DNA from: Gemmatimonadota bacterium
Lineage (GTDB): Bacteria > Gemmatimonadota > Gemmatimonadetes > Longimicrobiales > Gaopeijiaceae
DNA: 11,360 nt
Direction of reading: 5' to 3'
Assembly: GCA_039589315.1 (NCBI GenBank)
Contig: JBDHHQ010000125.1
Location: 1 to 11,360, forward strand
The position numbers were made by a program, and so were the translations under genes. This document shows, one piece after another, positions 1 to 8,591 of the stretch (position 1 is its first letter; each line of letters starts with the position of its first letter). The notes under the pieces are model-generated. The model had not been told where the DNA came from. It saw only the letters and a list, made by a program, of their open reading frames with translations, and searched no databases.

Positions 1-1023
1 CTGCCGGACGGGCGGGACTTCGAAGCGCTGGTCGTGGGAAGCGACGCCACCACAGACGTGGCCGTGCTCCAGATCGATGGGGCAGGCCTTCCGGTGGCGC
101 CCCTGGGCACGACCGAGGGGCTGGTGATCGGCGAGTGGGCCATCGCCATCGGCAACCCCTTCGGCTACCTCTTCTCGAACGCCGAGCCGACCGTTACGGC
201 CGGCGTGATCAGCGCGCTGGGACGCCATCTCCTCCCGAGCTCCGAGGAGCGTGGGTTCTACGTGGGCATGGTGCAGACGGACGCGTCGATCAATCCCGGC
301 AACTCTGGTGGCCCTCTGGTGAACGCCCTCGGCGAGGTCATCGGCATCAACAGCTCCATCTTCTCCCGGAGCGGAGGAAGCGAGGGGCTGGGCTTCGCGA
401 TTCCCATCGACCGCGCGCTGCGGGTCGCCGACGACCTCATCGAATACGGCGAGGTCCGCAGGGCCTGGCTCGGGTTCGAGGTCGAGGCGGTGGAGGGAGA
501 CATCTGGGGGCGGACGCACGGCGTCGGCGTCACACGAGTGGCGGAAGAATCACCGGCGGCCGCGGCCGGCCTCCGAGCCGGAGACCGCCTCCTCATGGCC
601 AACGGCCGGGGGCTGTCCAGCCCCCTGGACTTCGAGGCCGTCATGCTGGATCTGAGACCTGGCGACGAGGTGGAGATCCGGGTCGAAGGGCGGGATCCTG
701 TGAGGATGCGGGGCGAGTCGGTGCCTTCGTTGCGGGCGGAGCGGGTCCGCGTGTTCGAGGATCTGGAGCTGGTGACGCTCACGCCTGCCATTCGCCAGGA
801 GCAGGGCATCGCCAGCGAGGTCGGCGCGCTCATCGTCTCGATCACGCCCGACCTGCGTCGACAACTGGACCTCAGGGCCGGAGACGTGCTCCTGCGCATC
901 AACGACATCCGGATCGCGGGCGCCGAAGACGCGGCGCGGGCGCTCGGGTCGCTGCGCCGGCGCGTCCGCATCTACTTCGAGCGGAACCGGGGCCTCAACG
1001 TACGGGACTTCGTGGTACGATGA
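1..1023 (+). CDS. HtrA/DegP-family trypsin-like serine protease with PDZ domain(s), 5'-truncated by the window edge
   Basis: Frame is open from base 1 (LPDGRDFEALVVGSDATTDVAVL), so the ORF-track GTG at 34 is not the true start. Contains the catalytic-Asp region TDVAVL, AIAIGNPFG, and QTDASINPGNSGGPL (nucleophile Ser codon 304-306). A PDZ-like segment follows (AWLG...SPAAAAGLRAGDRLL), then a second more divergent PDZ-like segment (LDLRAGDVLLRIND). Stop TGA 1021-1023. degP/degQ/htrA cannot be told apart. Confidence 0.93.
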   Translation: MPDGRDFEALVVGSDATTDVAVLQIDGAGLPVAPLGTTEGLVIGEWAIAIGNPFGYLFSNAEPTVTAGVISALGRHLLPSSEERGFYVGMVQTDASINPGNSGGPLVNALGEVIGINSSIFSRSGGSEGLGFAIPIDRALRVADDLIEYGEVRRAWLGFEVEAVEGDIWGRTHGVGVTRVAEESPAAAAGLRAGDRLLMANGRGLSSPLDFEAVMLDLRPGDEVEIRVEGRDPVRMRGESVPSLRAERVRVFEDLELVTLTPAIRQEQGIASEVGALIVSITPDLRRQLDLRAGDVLLRINDIRIAGAEDAARALGSLRRRVRIYFERNRGLNVRDFVVR

Positions 1024-1072
1024 GAGGTCTCCCGGAGCGGTCCGGTACCCAACTCTCCGAGGCGCGCGAGCG

Positions 1073-2524
1073 GTGAACGAGCCCACGCTGGAGCGGTACG
1101 TCCATCCCCTGGCGGACAGGTATGCGTCGGGGGAGATGCAGCGCATCTTCTCGCCCGCCAACCGTTACGGCACCTGGCGGCGGCTCTGGTTGGCTCTGGC
1201 CGAATCGGAGCGGGAGCTGGGTCTGCCGGTGGAGGACCGGGCGCTCGAGGAGATGCGGCAGGCGCTCGACGACATCGACCTGGCGCGGGCGGCGGAGTAC
1301 GAAGCCCGCTTCCGCCACGACGTCATGGCCCACGTCCATCTCTTCGGAGACGACGCCCCGGCGGCCCGCGGCATCATCCACCTCGGCGCCACCAGCGCCT
1401 TCATCGGCGACAACACGGACCTGGTGCTCCATCGGCAGGGCCTGGAGCTCGTCCGGGACCGCATCGTCCGTTGCGTCGCGGCCCTGGCCGGGTTCGCCCG
1501 AACCCACCGGGCGATGCCGACCCTGGCCTACACCCATTTCCAGCCCGCGCAGCCCACCACCGTGGGCAAGCGGGCGACGCTCTGGATCCAGGACCTGCTG
1601 CTGGACCTCGAGGAGCTCGAGTTTCGCCTGGAGCGGTTGCGTTTCCGGGGGGTCAAGGGCACCACGGGCACCCAGGCGTCCTTCCTCGAGCTCTTTGAGG
1701 GGGACGCCTCGAAGGTGGACGCACTGGACGAAGCCGTCGCTCGGCGCATGGGGTTTTCCGAGGCCTACGGAGTCACCGGCCAGACGGCGCCCCGCAAGGT
1801 AGATGCGGCCCTGCTCGCCACCCTGGCCGGGGTGGCAGCCTCGGTCTCGAAGCTGGGCCACGACCTCCGTATCCTGGCCCATCTGCGGGAAGTCGAGGAG
1901 CCCTTCGAGTCAGAGCAAATCGGCTCCTCGGCCATGCCGTACAAACGCAACCCCATGAGGGCGGAGCGCATCTGTGCGCTGGCGCGGCACGTGATCGTGC
2001 TGGCCCAGGACCCGGCCTTCACCGCGGCCACCCAGTGGCTCGAGCGGACGCTGGACGACTCGGCCAATCGACGGGTCTCGATTCCCGACGCCTATCTGGC
2101 CCTCGACGGTACGTTGGTCCTGGTGGAAAACGTCTCGACCGGGTTGGTGGTCCATCCCGAGGTGGTGCGGAAGAACCTGGAGCCACACCTGCCGTTCATG
2201 GCCACCGAGACGATCCTGATGAAGGCCACCGCCGCCGGTGGAGACAGGCAGGAGCTCCACGAGCGGATCCGTCGTCACTCCATCGCCGCGGCGGCGCGCA
2301 TGAAGGAAGAGGGTCTGGACGCCGACCTTCTCGACCGCATCGCCCATGACGGCGCGTTCGGCCTGTCGCGGGAAGCTCTCGCCGCGCTGGTGGACCCAGC
2401 CCGCTTCACAGGACGCTCCGCCGAACAGGTGGACCGCTTCCTCGAGCGGTGGGTAGACCCCGTTCTCGAACGGCACGGAGCCGGCGCTGACGCCAGGCTT
2501 GGTGCCGCCAAGGTGCGAGTATGA
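1073..2524 (+). CDS. purB: Adenylosuccinate lyase (human-ADSL/yeast-Ade13-like subfamily), 483 aa
   Basis: Fumarate-lyase signature GSSAMPYKRNP (SSAMPYKRNP at 1925-1954), RHDVMAH, IHLGATS, TLAYTHFQPAQPTTVGKR, GVKGTTGTQAS, QWLERTLDDSA. GTG start with GAGG at 1059-1062. Sits at the head of a pur cluster. Confidence 0.97.
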   Translation: MNEPTLERYVHPLADRYASGEMQRIFSPANRYGTWRRLWLALAESERELGLPVEDRALEEMRQALDDIDLARAAEYEARFRHDVMAHVHLFGDDAPAARGIIHLGATSAFIGDNTDLVLHRQGLELVRDRIVRCVAALAGFARTHRAMPTLAYTHFQPAQPTTVGKRATLWIQDLLLDLEELEFRLERLRFRGVKGTTGTQASFLELFEGDASKVDALDEAVARRMGFSEAYGVTGQTAPRKVDAALLATLAGVAASVSKLGHDLRILAHLREVEEPFESEQIGSSAMPYKRNPMRAERICALARHVIVLAQDPAFTAATQWLERTLDDSANRRVSIPDAYLALDGTLVLVENVSTGLVVHPEVVRKNLEPHLPFMATETILMKATAAGGDRQELHERIRRHSIAAAARMKEEGLDADLLDRIAHDGAFGLSREALAALVDPARFTGRSAEQVDRFLERWVDPVLERHGAGADARLGAAKVRV

Positions 2525-3528
2525 GCATGGAGGCGAGCCCCATCCAGCCGACGACCGGCGCGACCCCCGCAGGCGGGTCTAGCACGACTCGGCTCGGCGT
2601 GTACCGCCCAGCGCTTCGCCTCCCCCTGGCTCATCGGGGCAAGGTGCGGGAGGTCTACGAGGCGGGCCCGGACGCGCTGCTCATGGTGGCCTCGGACCGA
2701 GTCAGCGCCTTCGACGTGGTCATGCGGCAACCGGTGCCCCGGAAGGGCGAGGTGCTCACGCTCATCACGGCGTGGTGGGTCTCCCGCCTGACAGGTCTCA
2801 CCGAGCACCACATCGTGGCGGTGCGGCCCGACGAGATCGCGGCACGCGTGCCGGCGCTCGCCGACTGCGACCGGTCGCACTGGGCACGCCGGTCCATGCT
2901 GGTGCGACGGACGCGCCCCTTCCCCGTAGAGTGCGTCGTGCGCGGCTACTTGTCCGGCTCGGCGTGGCGGGAATACCGACGGGACGGAACCCTGGCCGGA
3001 GAGCCGCTGCCGCCGGGGCTGGTGGAGTCGGACCGACTCGATCCGCCCATCTTTTCGCCAGCCACCAAGGCCACCGAGGGTCATGACGAGAACATCACGT
3101 TCTCCCGGGTCGAGGCGACCGTAGGGCCCGAGCTGGCGAAACGGCTCCGGGACACGTCCCTGAGTCTCTACAGGGCGGGCGTGGAGGTGGCGGCCGAGCG
3201 GGGCATCGTCCTGGCGGACACGAAGTTCGAGTTCGGGCGGGACGATCGAGGGCGCGTGATCCTGATCGACGAAGTGCTCACCCCCGACTCGTCCCGGTAC
3301 TGGCCTGCGGAAGCGTACGAGACGGGCCGAGGGCAGCCGTCGCTGGACAAGCAGCCGATCCGCGACTGGCTGGACGCCTTGCCCGGGTGGGACAAGAGCC
3401 CGCCCCCACCCGACCTGCCCGAACATGTGGTTTCTGCGGCCACCGACCGGTACATGGACGTCTTTCGCCGCCTCACCGGGAGCGAGCTCGACGACTACGA
3501 GCCTCCGAGCTTCGAGGTAGCGGGCTGA
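2521..3528 (+). CDS. purC: SAICAR synthetase (phosphoribosylaminoimidazole-succinocarboxamide synthase), long Ade1-like type
   Basis: Motifs GKVREVY, VASDRVSAFD, VECVVRGYLSGSAW, PIFSPATKA, DTKFEFG, LIDEVLTPDSSRYW, SLDKQ. ATG 2521 overlaps the purB stop (ATGA) with AAGGTG at 2510-2515; ATG 2527 is an alternative start. Confidence 0.97.
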   Translation: MSMEASPIQPTTGATPAGGSSTTRLGVYRPALRLPLAHRGKVREVYEAGPDALLMVASDRVSAFDVVMRQPVPRKGEVLTLITAWWVSRLTGLTEHHIVAVRPDEIAARVPALADCDRSHWARRSMLVRRTRPFPVECVVRGYLSGSAWREYRRDGTLAGEPLPPGLVESDRLDPPIFSPATKATEGHDENITFSRVEATVGPELAKRLRDTSLSLYRAGVEVAAERGIVLADTKFEFGRDDRGRVILIDEVLTPDSSRYWPAEAYETGRGQPSLDKQPIRDWLDALPGWDKSPPPPDLPEHVVSAATDRYMDVFRRLTGSELDDYEPPSFEVAG

Positions 3529-4238
3529 TGCGCTTCGCCTCGGAGGGTCGTCCGTTCATCATCCCTACGGGGGCGCTGGCCGCGACGCTCTGGGCCCTCG
3601 GACTCGGCGTGGGCATCGGGTGGGTCACTGCCCTGGCCGGGGCGGCGACCCTGCTCCTGGCTTTCGTGGCCTACTTCTTCCGCGACCCCGATCGGGCGGC
3701 CCCGGAAGACGAGACCCTGGTGCTCTCGCCCGCCGACGGCCGCGTGCTCTCCGTCGACGAGCTCACCGAGCCCAGCTTCTTCCAGGGTCCGTGTCGCCGA
3801 ATCTCGATCTTCCTCAGCGTGTTCAACGTCCATGTCCAACGTGCGCCGCTGACGGGCACCGTCACCCACCGCGGCTACCGGCCCGGTGGCTACGCCGTGG
3901 CCTGGAAGCCCAAGGCCAGCGAGGAGAACGAGCAGGCGTCGCTGGGTCTGAAGACGCGGGCTGGTCCCGTCCTCGTCCGGCAGATCGCAGGCCTGGTCGC
4001 GCGCCGAATCGTGACCTACCCCAACGAGGGGGACCGGGTCGGGCGAGGGCAACGCATCGGCATCATACGCTTCGGCTCACGGGTGGACCTGTTCATTCCG
4101 CTGGAGTGGACGGTCGACTGCGCGGTGGGTGACGTCGTGCACGGCGGAGCCACACCTGTGGCCCGGATGCCTGCCGGCGCAGAGACCGTTGCGCCGCCAG
4201 GTGCCGAGGGAATGGTCCGTCAGGGAGGTGACGCGTGA
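3528..4238 (+). CDS. psd: Phosphatidylserine decarboxylase proenzyme (short, membrane-anchored type), 236 aa
   Basis: Start reassigned from the ORF-track 3387 to ATG 3528 (TGATG overlap with the purC stop; GAGG at 3514-3517). Hydrophobic N-terminus ending in YFFRDPDR, then SPADG, ISIFLSVFNVHVQRAP, ENE, QIAGLVARRI, and the self-cleavage/pyruvoyl motif IRFG-SRVD (Ser codon 4077-4079). Adjacent to pssA. Confidence 0.94.
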   Translation: MRFASEGRPFIIPTGALAATLWALGLGVGIGWVTALAGAATLLLAFVAYFFRDPDRAAPEDETLVLSPADGRVLSVDELTEPSFFQGPCRRISIFLSVFNVHVQRAPLTGTVTHRGYRPGGYAVAWKPKASEENEQASLGLKTRAGPVLVRQIAGLVARRIVTYPNEGDRVGRGQRIGIIRFGSRVDLFIPLEWTVDCAVGDVVHGGATPVARMPAGAETVAPPGAEGMVRQGGDA

Positions 4239-5116
4239 TCTACCCGGAGCGGCCACGCCCACGCCTACAGCGGGGCGTCATCATCCTGCCCTCGGCGTTC
4301 ACCATCGGCAACCTCTTCTTCGGGGTCTACGCCATGGTGGCCGCCGCCCGCGGTGACTTGATCTGGGCCGGTTGGTTCGTGGTGTTCGCCGGCATCCTGG
4401 ATATGCTTGACGGGCGCATTGCCCGCTTCACCCGCACGGGCTCCGCCTTCGGGGCGGAGCTCGATTCACTGGTGGACGCCGTCTCGTTCGGGGTCGCTCC
4501 GGCCACGATCCTGTACCACCTGTATCTGGCCGATGGCGCCTGGAGCTGGCTCGTCATCTTCTGCTACACCGCAGCGGTGGTGATCCGACTGGCCCGCTTC
4601 AACGTCGAGCAGGGCGGCAAGGCCAAACGGTTCTTCCACGGTCTGCCCTCCCCCACCGCGGGGATGATGCTGGCCACGTACTACCCCTTCAGCCAGACGG
4701 CCTTCTTCCAGAGCCACCTGAGCACCCTGCCCTGGCCGCAGATCGTCACGGTGCTGACCATGCTGCTGGCGGTGCTCATGCTGAGCCACGTGCCCTACCC
4801 GCTCGTTCCCCGGGTCGGCTACAGGACGCCCCGCGGGCTGGCGTCGACGGCTCTCATGACCTTCGGGTGCGTGGCCGCGATCACGGTTCCCCGCTATTGG
4901 TTCTTCCCGGCGCTGGTGGCCTACACGGCGTGGGGTCTCCTCAGGGCTTTCGTCCTGGGGCTCCTCGACCGGCTGCCGGACCGCGACCCGCTCCTGGACG
5001 AGAGCGGCGAGCCCGACGAGCTCAGGGCAGAGGTCCGGACCATGGACTACGGTGACCTGTCGCCCGAGCGCTTTCAATCTCGCCACCCCGACGACCACTC
5101 GGAGGATCTCCCTTGA
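4235..5116 (+). CDS. pssA: CDP-diacylglycerol--serine O-phosphatidyltransferase (phosphatidylserine synthase, CDP-alcohol phosphotransferase type), 293 aa
   Basis: CDP-alcohol phosphotransferase signature DMLDGRIAR...GAELDSLVD; PssA-typical LPSAFTIGN, VSFGVAP, RLARFN and FHGLPSP; several hydrophobic helices. GTGA overlap with the psd stop, strong SD GGAGGTG at 4224-4230. Serine specificity is inferred from motifs plus psd adjacency. Confidence 0.92.
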   Translation: MIYPERPRPRLQRGVIILPSAFTIGNLFFGVYAMVAAARGDLIWAGWFVVFAGILDMLDGRIARFTRTGSAFGAELDSLVDAVSFGVAPATILYHLYLADGAWSWLVIFCYTAAVVIRLARFNVEQGGKAKRFFHGLPSPTAGMMLATYYPFSQTAFFQSHLSTLPWPQIVTVLTMLLAVLMLSHVPYPLVPRVGYRTPRGLASTALMTFGCVAAITVPRYWFFPALVAYTAWGLLRAFVLGLLDRLPDRDPLLDESGEPDELRAEVRTMDYGDLSPERFQSRHPDDHSEDLP

Positions 5117-5385
5117 GCAGCTACCGACTCGAGATTCGCGTCACCCCCCGTCCAGGGCTCCTGGATCCCGAGGGTGCCGCCATCCAGCATGCCCTCGGTT
5201 CCCTTGGCTTCCACGCCGTCACGGACGTTCGTGTGGGCAAGGCCATCTACGTGGACGCGAGCGCAGTCTCGGAGGGCGCGGCTCTCGAGCTGGGCGAGGC
5301 TATGTGCCGTAGGCTGCTGGCCAACCCCGTGACCGAGGACTTCGAGGTCTCGCTCCACCAGCCCACGGGGGCGGAGGCATCGTGA
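5113..5385 (+). CDS. purS: Phosphoribosylformylglycinamidine (FGAM) synthase subunit PurS, 90 aa
   Basis: Motifs LLDPEGAAI, VRVGK, MCRRLLANPVTEDF. TTG start overlapping the pssA stop (TTGA), SD GGAGG at 5101-5105. Directly upstream of purQ. Confidence 0.95.
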   Translation: MSSYRLEIRVTPRPGLLDPEGAAIQHALGSLGFHAVTDVRVGKAIYVDASAVSEGAALELGEAMCRRLLANPVTEDFEVSLHQPTGAEAS

Positions 5386-6089
5386 CCAGGAAATGTGCTG
5401 TCGTCACGTTCCCGGGATCCAACTGCGACTACGACCTCTACAAGGCCGTGCAGCTCGTGGGAGGCGAGGCAGAGTTCCGCTGGCACCGGGACACGGAGCT
5501 GGGCAATGTCGATGCCGTGCTGTTGCCCGGTGGGTTCTCCTATGGGGACTACCTGCGGGCCGGAGCCATCGCGCGCTTCAGCCCTATCATGGATGCGGTG
5601 ACCGCCTTCGCCGAACGGGGTGGGCCGGTCCTCGGCATCTGCAACGGCTTCCAGATCCTCTGCGAGGCGGACCTGTTGCCAGGCGCACTGCTCCGAAACC
5701 GTACCGTGAGATTCCACAGTCACGACGTGTACATCCGTGCCGAGAATACGGACACGCTGTTCACGGCCGACCTCGCTGCGGGTGAGGTGCTGCGCGTCCC
5801 GATCGCACACGCCGACGGGCAGTACCACGCCGATCCGGAGACCCTCGCTGCCCTGGAGGGCCAAGGCCGGGTCGCGTTCCGCTACTCTGACCGGAACGGC
5901 GAGATCACGGACGCCGCCAACCCCAACGGCTCTGTGAAGAACATCGCGGGGATCCTGAACGCCCGCGGCAACGTCCTGGGCATGATGCCCCACCCGGAAC
6001 GGGCAGTGGAACCGGTCCTCGGCTCCACGGACGGCCTGCGGATCTTCACCTCGCTGCTCAGGAGCCTCGCGCCGGCGGGGTCCGCGTGA
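5382..6089 (+). CDS. purQ: FGAM synthase glutaminase subunit PurQ, 235 aa
   Basis: FPGSNCD, LPGGFSYGDYLRAGA, GICNGFQ (Cys codon 5640-5642), NPNGS, GMMPHPER (His/Glu of the class I amidotransferase triad). GTGA overlap with purS, SD GGAGG at 5373-5377. Confidence 0.97.
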   Translation: MTRKCAVVTFPGSNCDYDLYKAVQLVGGEAEFRWHRDTELGNVDAVLLPGGFSYGDYLRAGAIARFSPIMDAVTAFAERGGPVLGICNGFQILCEADLLPGALLRNRTVRFHSHDVYIRAENTDTLFTADLAAGEVLRVPIAHADGQYHADPETLAALEGQGRVAFRYSDRNGEITDAANPNGSVKNIAGILNARGNVLGMMPHPERAVEPVLGSTDGLRIFTSLLRSLAPAGSA

Positions 6090-6091
6090 AG

Positions 6092-6160
6092 ACGAGGCTC
6101 GGGCTGGGGCCACCCGTGGCCGCAGTACCGATCGCCACCCGAAGCGGGACGAGCCCTCGT
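6092..6160 (+). other. Possible multi-branch RNA structure in the purQ-purL spacer
   Basis: ACGAGGCTCG (6092-6101) is complementary to CGAGCCCTCGT (6150-6160) with one bulged base. It encloses two hairpins: GCTG-G-GGCCA/TGGCC-G-CAGT (6103-6126) and CCCG-AAG-CGGG (6138-6148). Folded by eye; function unknown. Confidence 0.3.
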
Positions 6161-6209
6161 GCGCTCCCGGACACGGACGACCCTACTCGAAGGACATAGA
6201 TCCCGGCCC

Positions 6210-8555
6210 ATGACCGACCGATCCGCAGAGCACTCGATCCACTACGAGCCCGGAGCCACCGCCGGCACCGCCGCCACGACCGTCGAGCCCCCGGCGCCGG
6301 GGCCCCGGCCCGGCGATCCGGCCGTCACTCCCGAGCTGGTCGCCGCCCACGGCCTCTCACCGGACGAATACGAGCGCATCCTCGGTATCCTCGAGCGAGA
6401 GCCCACGTTCACGGAGCTCGGCGTGTTCAGCGCCATGTGGTCCGAGCACTGCGGGTACAAGAACTCGAAGCGGCTCCTGAAGCTGCTCCCCACGGATGCG
6501 CCATGGGTGATCCAGGGTCCTGGCGAGAACGCAGGTGTCATCGAGATCGACGACACGTTCGCCCTGGCGTTCAAGATCGAATCCCACAATCACCCCTCGG
6601 CCGTAGAGCCCTATCAGGGCGCGGCCACGGGCGTCGGCGGCATCCTGCGGGACATCTTCACCATGGGCGCTCGGCCCGTCGCGGTGCTGGACTCGCTGCG
6701 TTTCGGCGACCTGGACAGCGGCCGGGTGCGCTACCTGCTCAACGGGGTCGTCCGAGGCATCGGCGACTACGGCAACTGCGTCGGCATTCCCAACATCGGC
6801 GGCGAGATCTCCTTCGACCGCGGGTACGAGGGCAATCCGATCGTGAACGCCATGTGCCTGGGCCTCATGAAGAAAGAGGACCTGATCCGCGGCACGGCGT
6901 CGGGGACCGGCAATACGCTCATGGCGGTGGGGGCCCGCACCGGTCGCGACGGGATCCACGGCGCCACCTTCGCCAGTGAGGAGCTGAGCGAGGATTCGGA
7001 CGAGGCCAGCCGACCGCAGGTCCAGGTTGGCGATCCGTTCACCGAGAAGCTGCTCCTCGAAGCCAGCCTGGAGTTGATCAAGAGCGGCCACATCGTGGGC
7101 ATTCAGGACATGGGGGCCGCAGGGCTCACCTCCAGCGCCAGCGAGATGGCGGGCCGGGGTGGGAGCGGGGTGGTCTTCGACACGGCCCTGGTGCCGGTGC
7201 GGGAGCCCGGGATGACGCCGTACGAGATCCTGCTGTCCGAGTCCCAGGAACGCATGCTGGTGGTCGCGGAGCGTGGTCACGAGGACGAGGTGACCGGGAT
7301 TCTCGAGAAGTGGGAGTTGGAGGCCGCGGTCATCGGGCACGTGACCGATGACGGCCGATTCCGGATCCTCGAGGACGGCGCCACGGTGGCCGACATCCCG
7401 GCCCTTCCCCTCACGACCGGTTGTCCCACCTACGAGCGGGAGGGCGTCGAGTCCGAGGAGATCCGGGCGCTCCGGACCGAGGATCTGTCCGAGGTCTTGG
7501 CCCTGTCAGGAGACCTGACACCCGAGCTCATGAAGCTCGTCGCCTCGCCCAACATCGCGTCGAAGCGGTGGGTCTACGAGCAGTACGACAGCACGGTGCG
7601 GTCGTCCACGGTGGCGCGGCCGGGAGGGGACGCCGGTGTCATCCGCATCCGGGAAACGAAGAAGGGCGTTGCCGCTACCACCGACTGCAACGGCAGGTAC
7701 GTCTACCTGAGTCCCAGGCGAGGAACCCACGCAGCCATGGCCGAGGCGGCCCGAAACCTGGTGTGCGTGGGCGCCGTTCCGGTGGCTATCACCAACAACC
7801 TCAACTTCGGCAATCCGCTCAAGGCCCACATCTACTACCAGTTCCGCGAAGCCGTGTTGGGCATGGCGGAAGCCTGCGAGGCCTTCGAGACGCCGGTAAC
7901 CGGCGGGAACGTCTCGTTCTACAACGAGACCGACGGCGTAGCCATCTACCCCACGCCCGTGATCGGGATGGTGGGGATCGTGGAGAACGTGGACCGAGTG
8001 ATGGGGCAGGCCTTTACGACCCCCGGCGATCAGATCCTGCTCCTCGGTCGCAACACTCGGGAGCTCGGCGCTTCGGAGCTCCTGTACGTGCTAACGGGCA
8101 GGGTGGCCGGTGAGCCTCCCGCCGTCGATCTGCTGGCCGAGCGTTCGCTCCAGAACGCGGTCCTCGGCCTGATCCACGAAGACCTGCTCCACTCGGCCCA
8201 CGACTGCTCGGAGGGGGGCCTGGCGTGCGCCCTGGCCGAATCGGCCATCGGTAGCGGAGAGGATCTCCTGGGGATCGACGTGGAACTGGAGGACGAGCTG
8301 CCCCCGGCCGCGGTGCTCTTCGGGGAGGCCCAGGGGCGCGTGGTCGTTTCCTGCGCCCCGGAACGCGCCGACTCGGTCCAGGGAGTGGCCGAGCGCCACG
8401 GCGTGCCGTGCCAGGCCATCGGCACCGTCGGCGAGCACGGCGGGACGTTCAGGATCCGAGCCCTGGACTCAGGGGTAGAGGTCGATCTGGACACCCTGAC
8501 GGACTCGTATTTCGGAGCCCTGTCCGATATCATGGATCGAGCCACGGGTAACTGA
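6210..8555 (+). CDS. purL: FGAM synthase subunit PurL (small-PurL type), about 781 aa; start uncertain (ATG 6210 preferred, GTG 6159 possible)
   Basis: [106 protein letters not shown]. No fused glutaminase domain, consistent with separate purQ and purS. Confidence 0.97.
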   Translation: MTDRSAEHSIHYEPGATAGTAATTVEPPAPGPRPGDPAVTPELVAAHGLSPDEYERILGILEREPTFTELGVFSAMWSEHCGYKNSKRLLKLLPTDAPWVIQGPGENAGVIEIDDTFALAFKIESHNHPSAVEPYQGAATGVGGILRDIFTMGARPVAVLDSLRFGDLDSGRVRYLLNGVVRGIGDYGNCVGIPNIGGEISFDRGYEGNPIVNAMCLGLMKKEDLIRGTASGTGNTLMAVGARTGRDGIHGATFASEELSEDSDEASRPQVQVGDPFTEKLLLEASLELIKSGHIVGIQDMGAAGLTSSASEMAGRGGSGVVFDTALVPVREPGMTPYEILLSESQERMLVVAERGHEDEVTGILEKWELEAAVIGHVTDDGRFRILEDGATVADIPALPLTTGCPTYEREGVESEEIRALRTEDLSEVLALSGDLTPELMKLVASPNIASKRWVYEQYDSTVRSSTVARPGGDAGVIRIRETKKGVAATTDCNGRYVYLSPRRGTHAAMAEAARNLVCVGAVPVAITNNLNFGNPLKAHIYYQFREAVLGMAEACEAFETPVTGGNVSFYNETDGVAIYPTPVIGMVGIVENVDRVMGQAFTTPGDQILLLGRNTRELGASELLYVLTGRVAGEPPAVDLLAERSLQNAVLGLIHEDLLHSAHDCSEGGLACALAESAIGSGEDLLGIDVELEDELPPAAVLFGEAQGRVVVSCAPERADSVQGVAERHGVPCQAIGTVGEHGGTFRIRALDSGVEVDLDTLTDSYFGALSDIMDRATGN

Positions 8556-8556
8556 C

Positions 8557-8591
8557 CGTGAGCTGCGAACGGACCTTCGCACCCCCTCACG
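8557..8591 (+). other. Stem-loop in the purL-purF spacer
   Basis: CGTGAG (8557-8562) pairs with CTCACG (8586-8591) and TGCGAA (8564-8569) with TTCGCA (8576-8581): 12 Watson-Crick pairs, one internal loop, 6-nt terminal loop. No adjacent U-tract, so not called a terminator. Confidence 0.5.

Noticed and set aside
3387..3527. ORF-track N-terminal extension of Psd
   Set aside because: Overlaps purC by about 140 nt and is not Psd-like; ATG 3528 has an SD and a TGATG overlap.
3528..5116. psd/pssA as archaetidylserine (archaeal ether lipid) pathway genes
   Set aside because: These families include archaeal homologues, but no GGGP/DGGGP synthase or CarS is in the window; ordinary bacterial PS/PE synthesis is the simpler reading.
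6090..6209. Known purine-related riboswitch (guanine, ZTP/pfl, PRPP/ykkC) or PurR box
   Set aside because: No match to the consensus motifs that I can recognise by eye; kept only as an unclassified structure pending cmscan.
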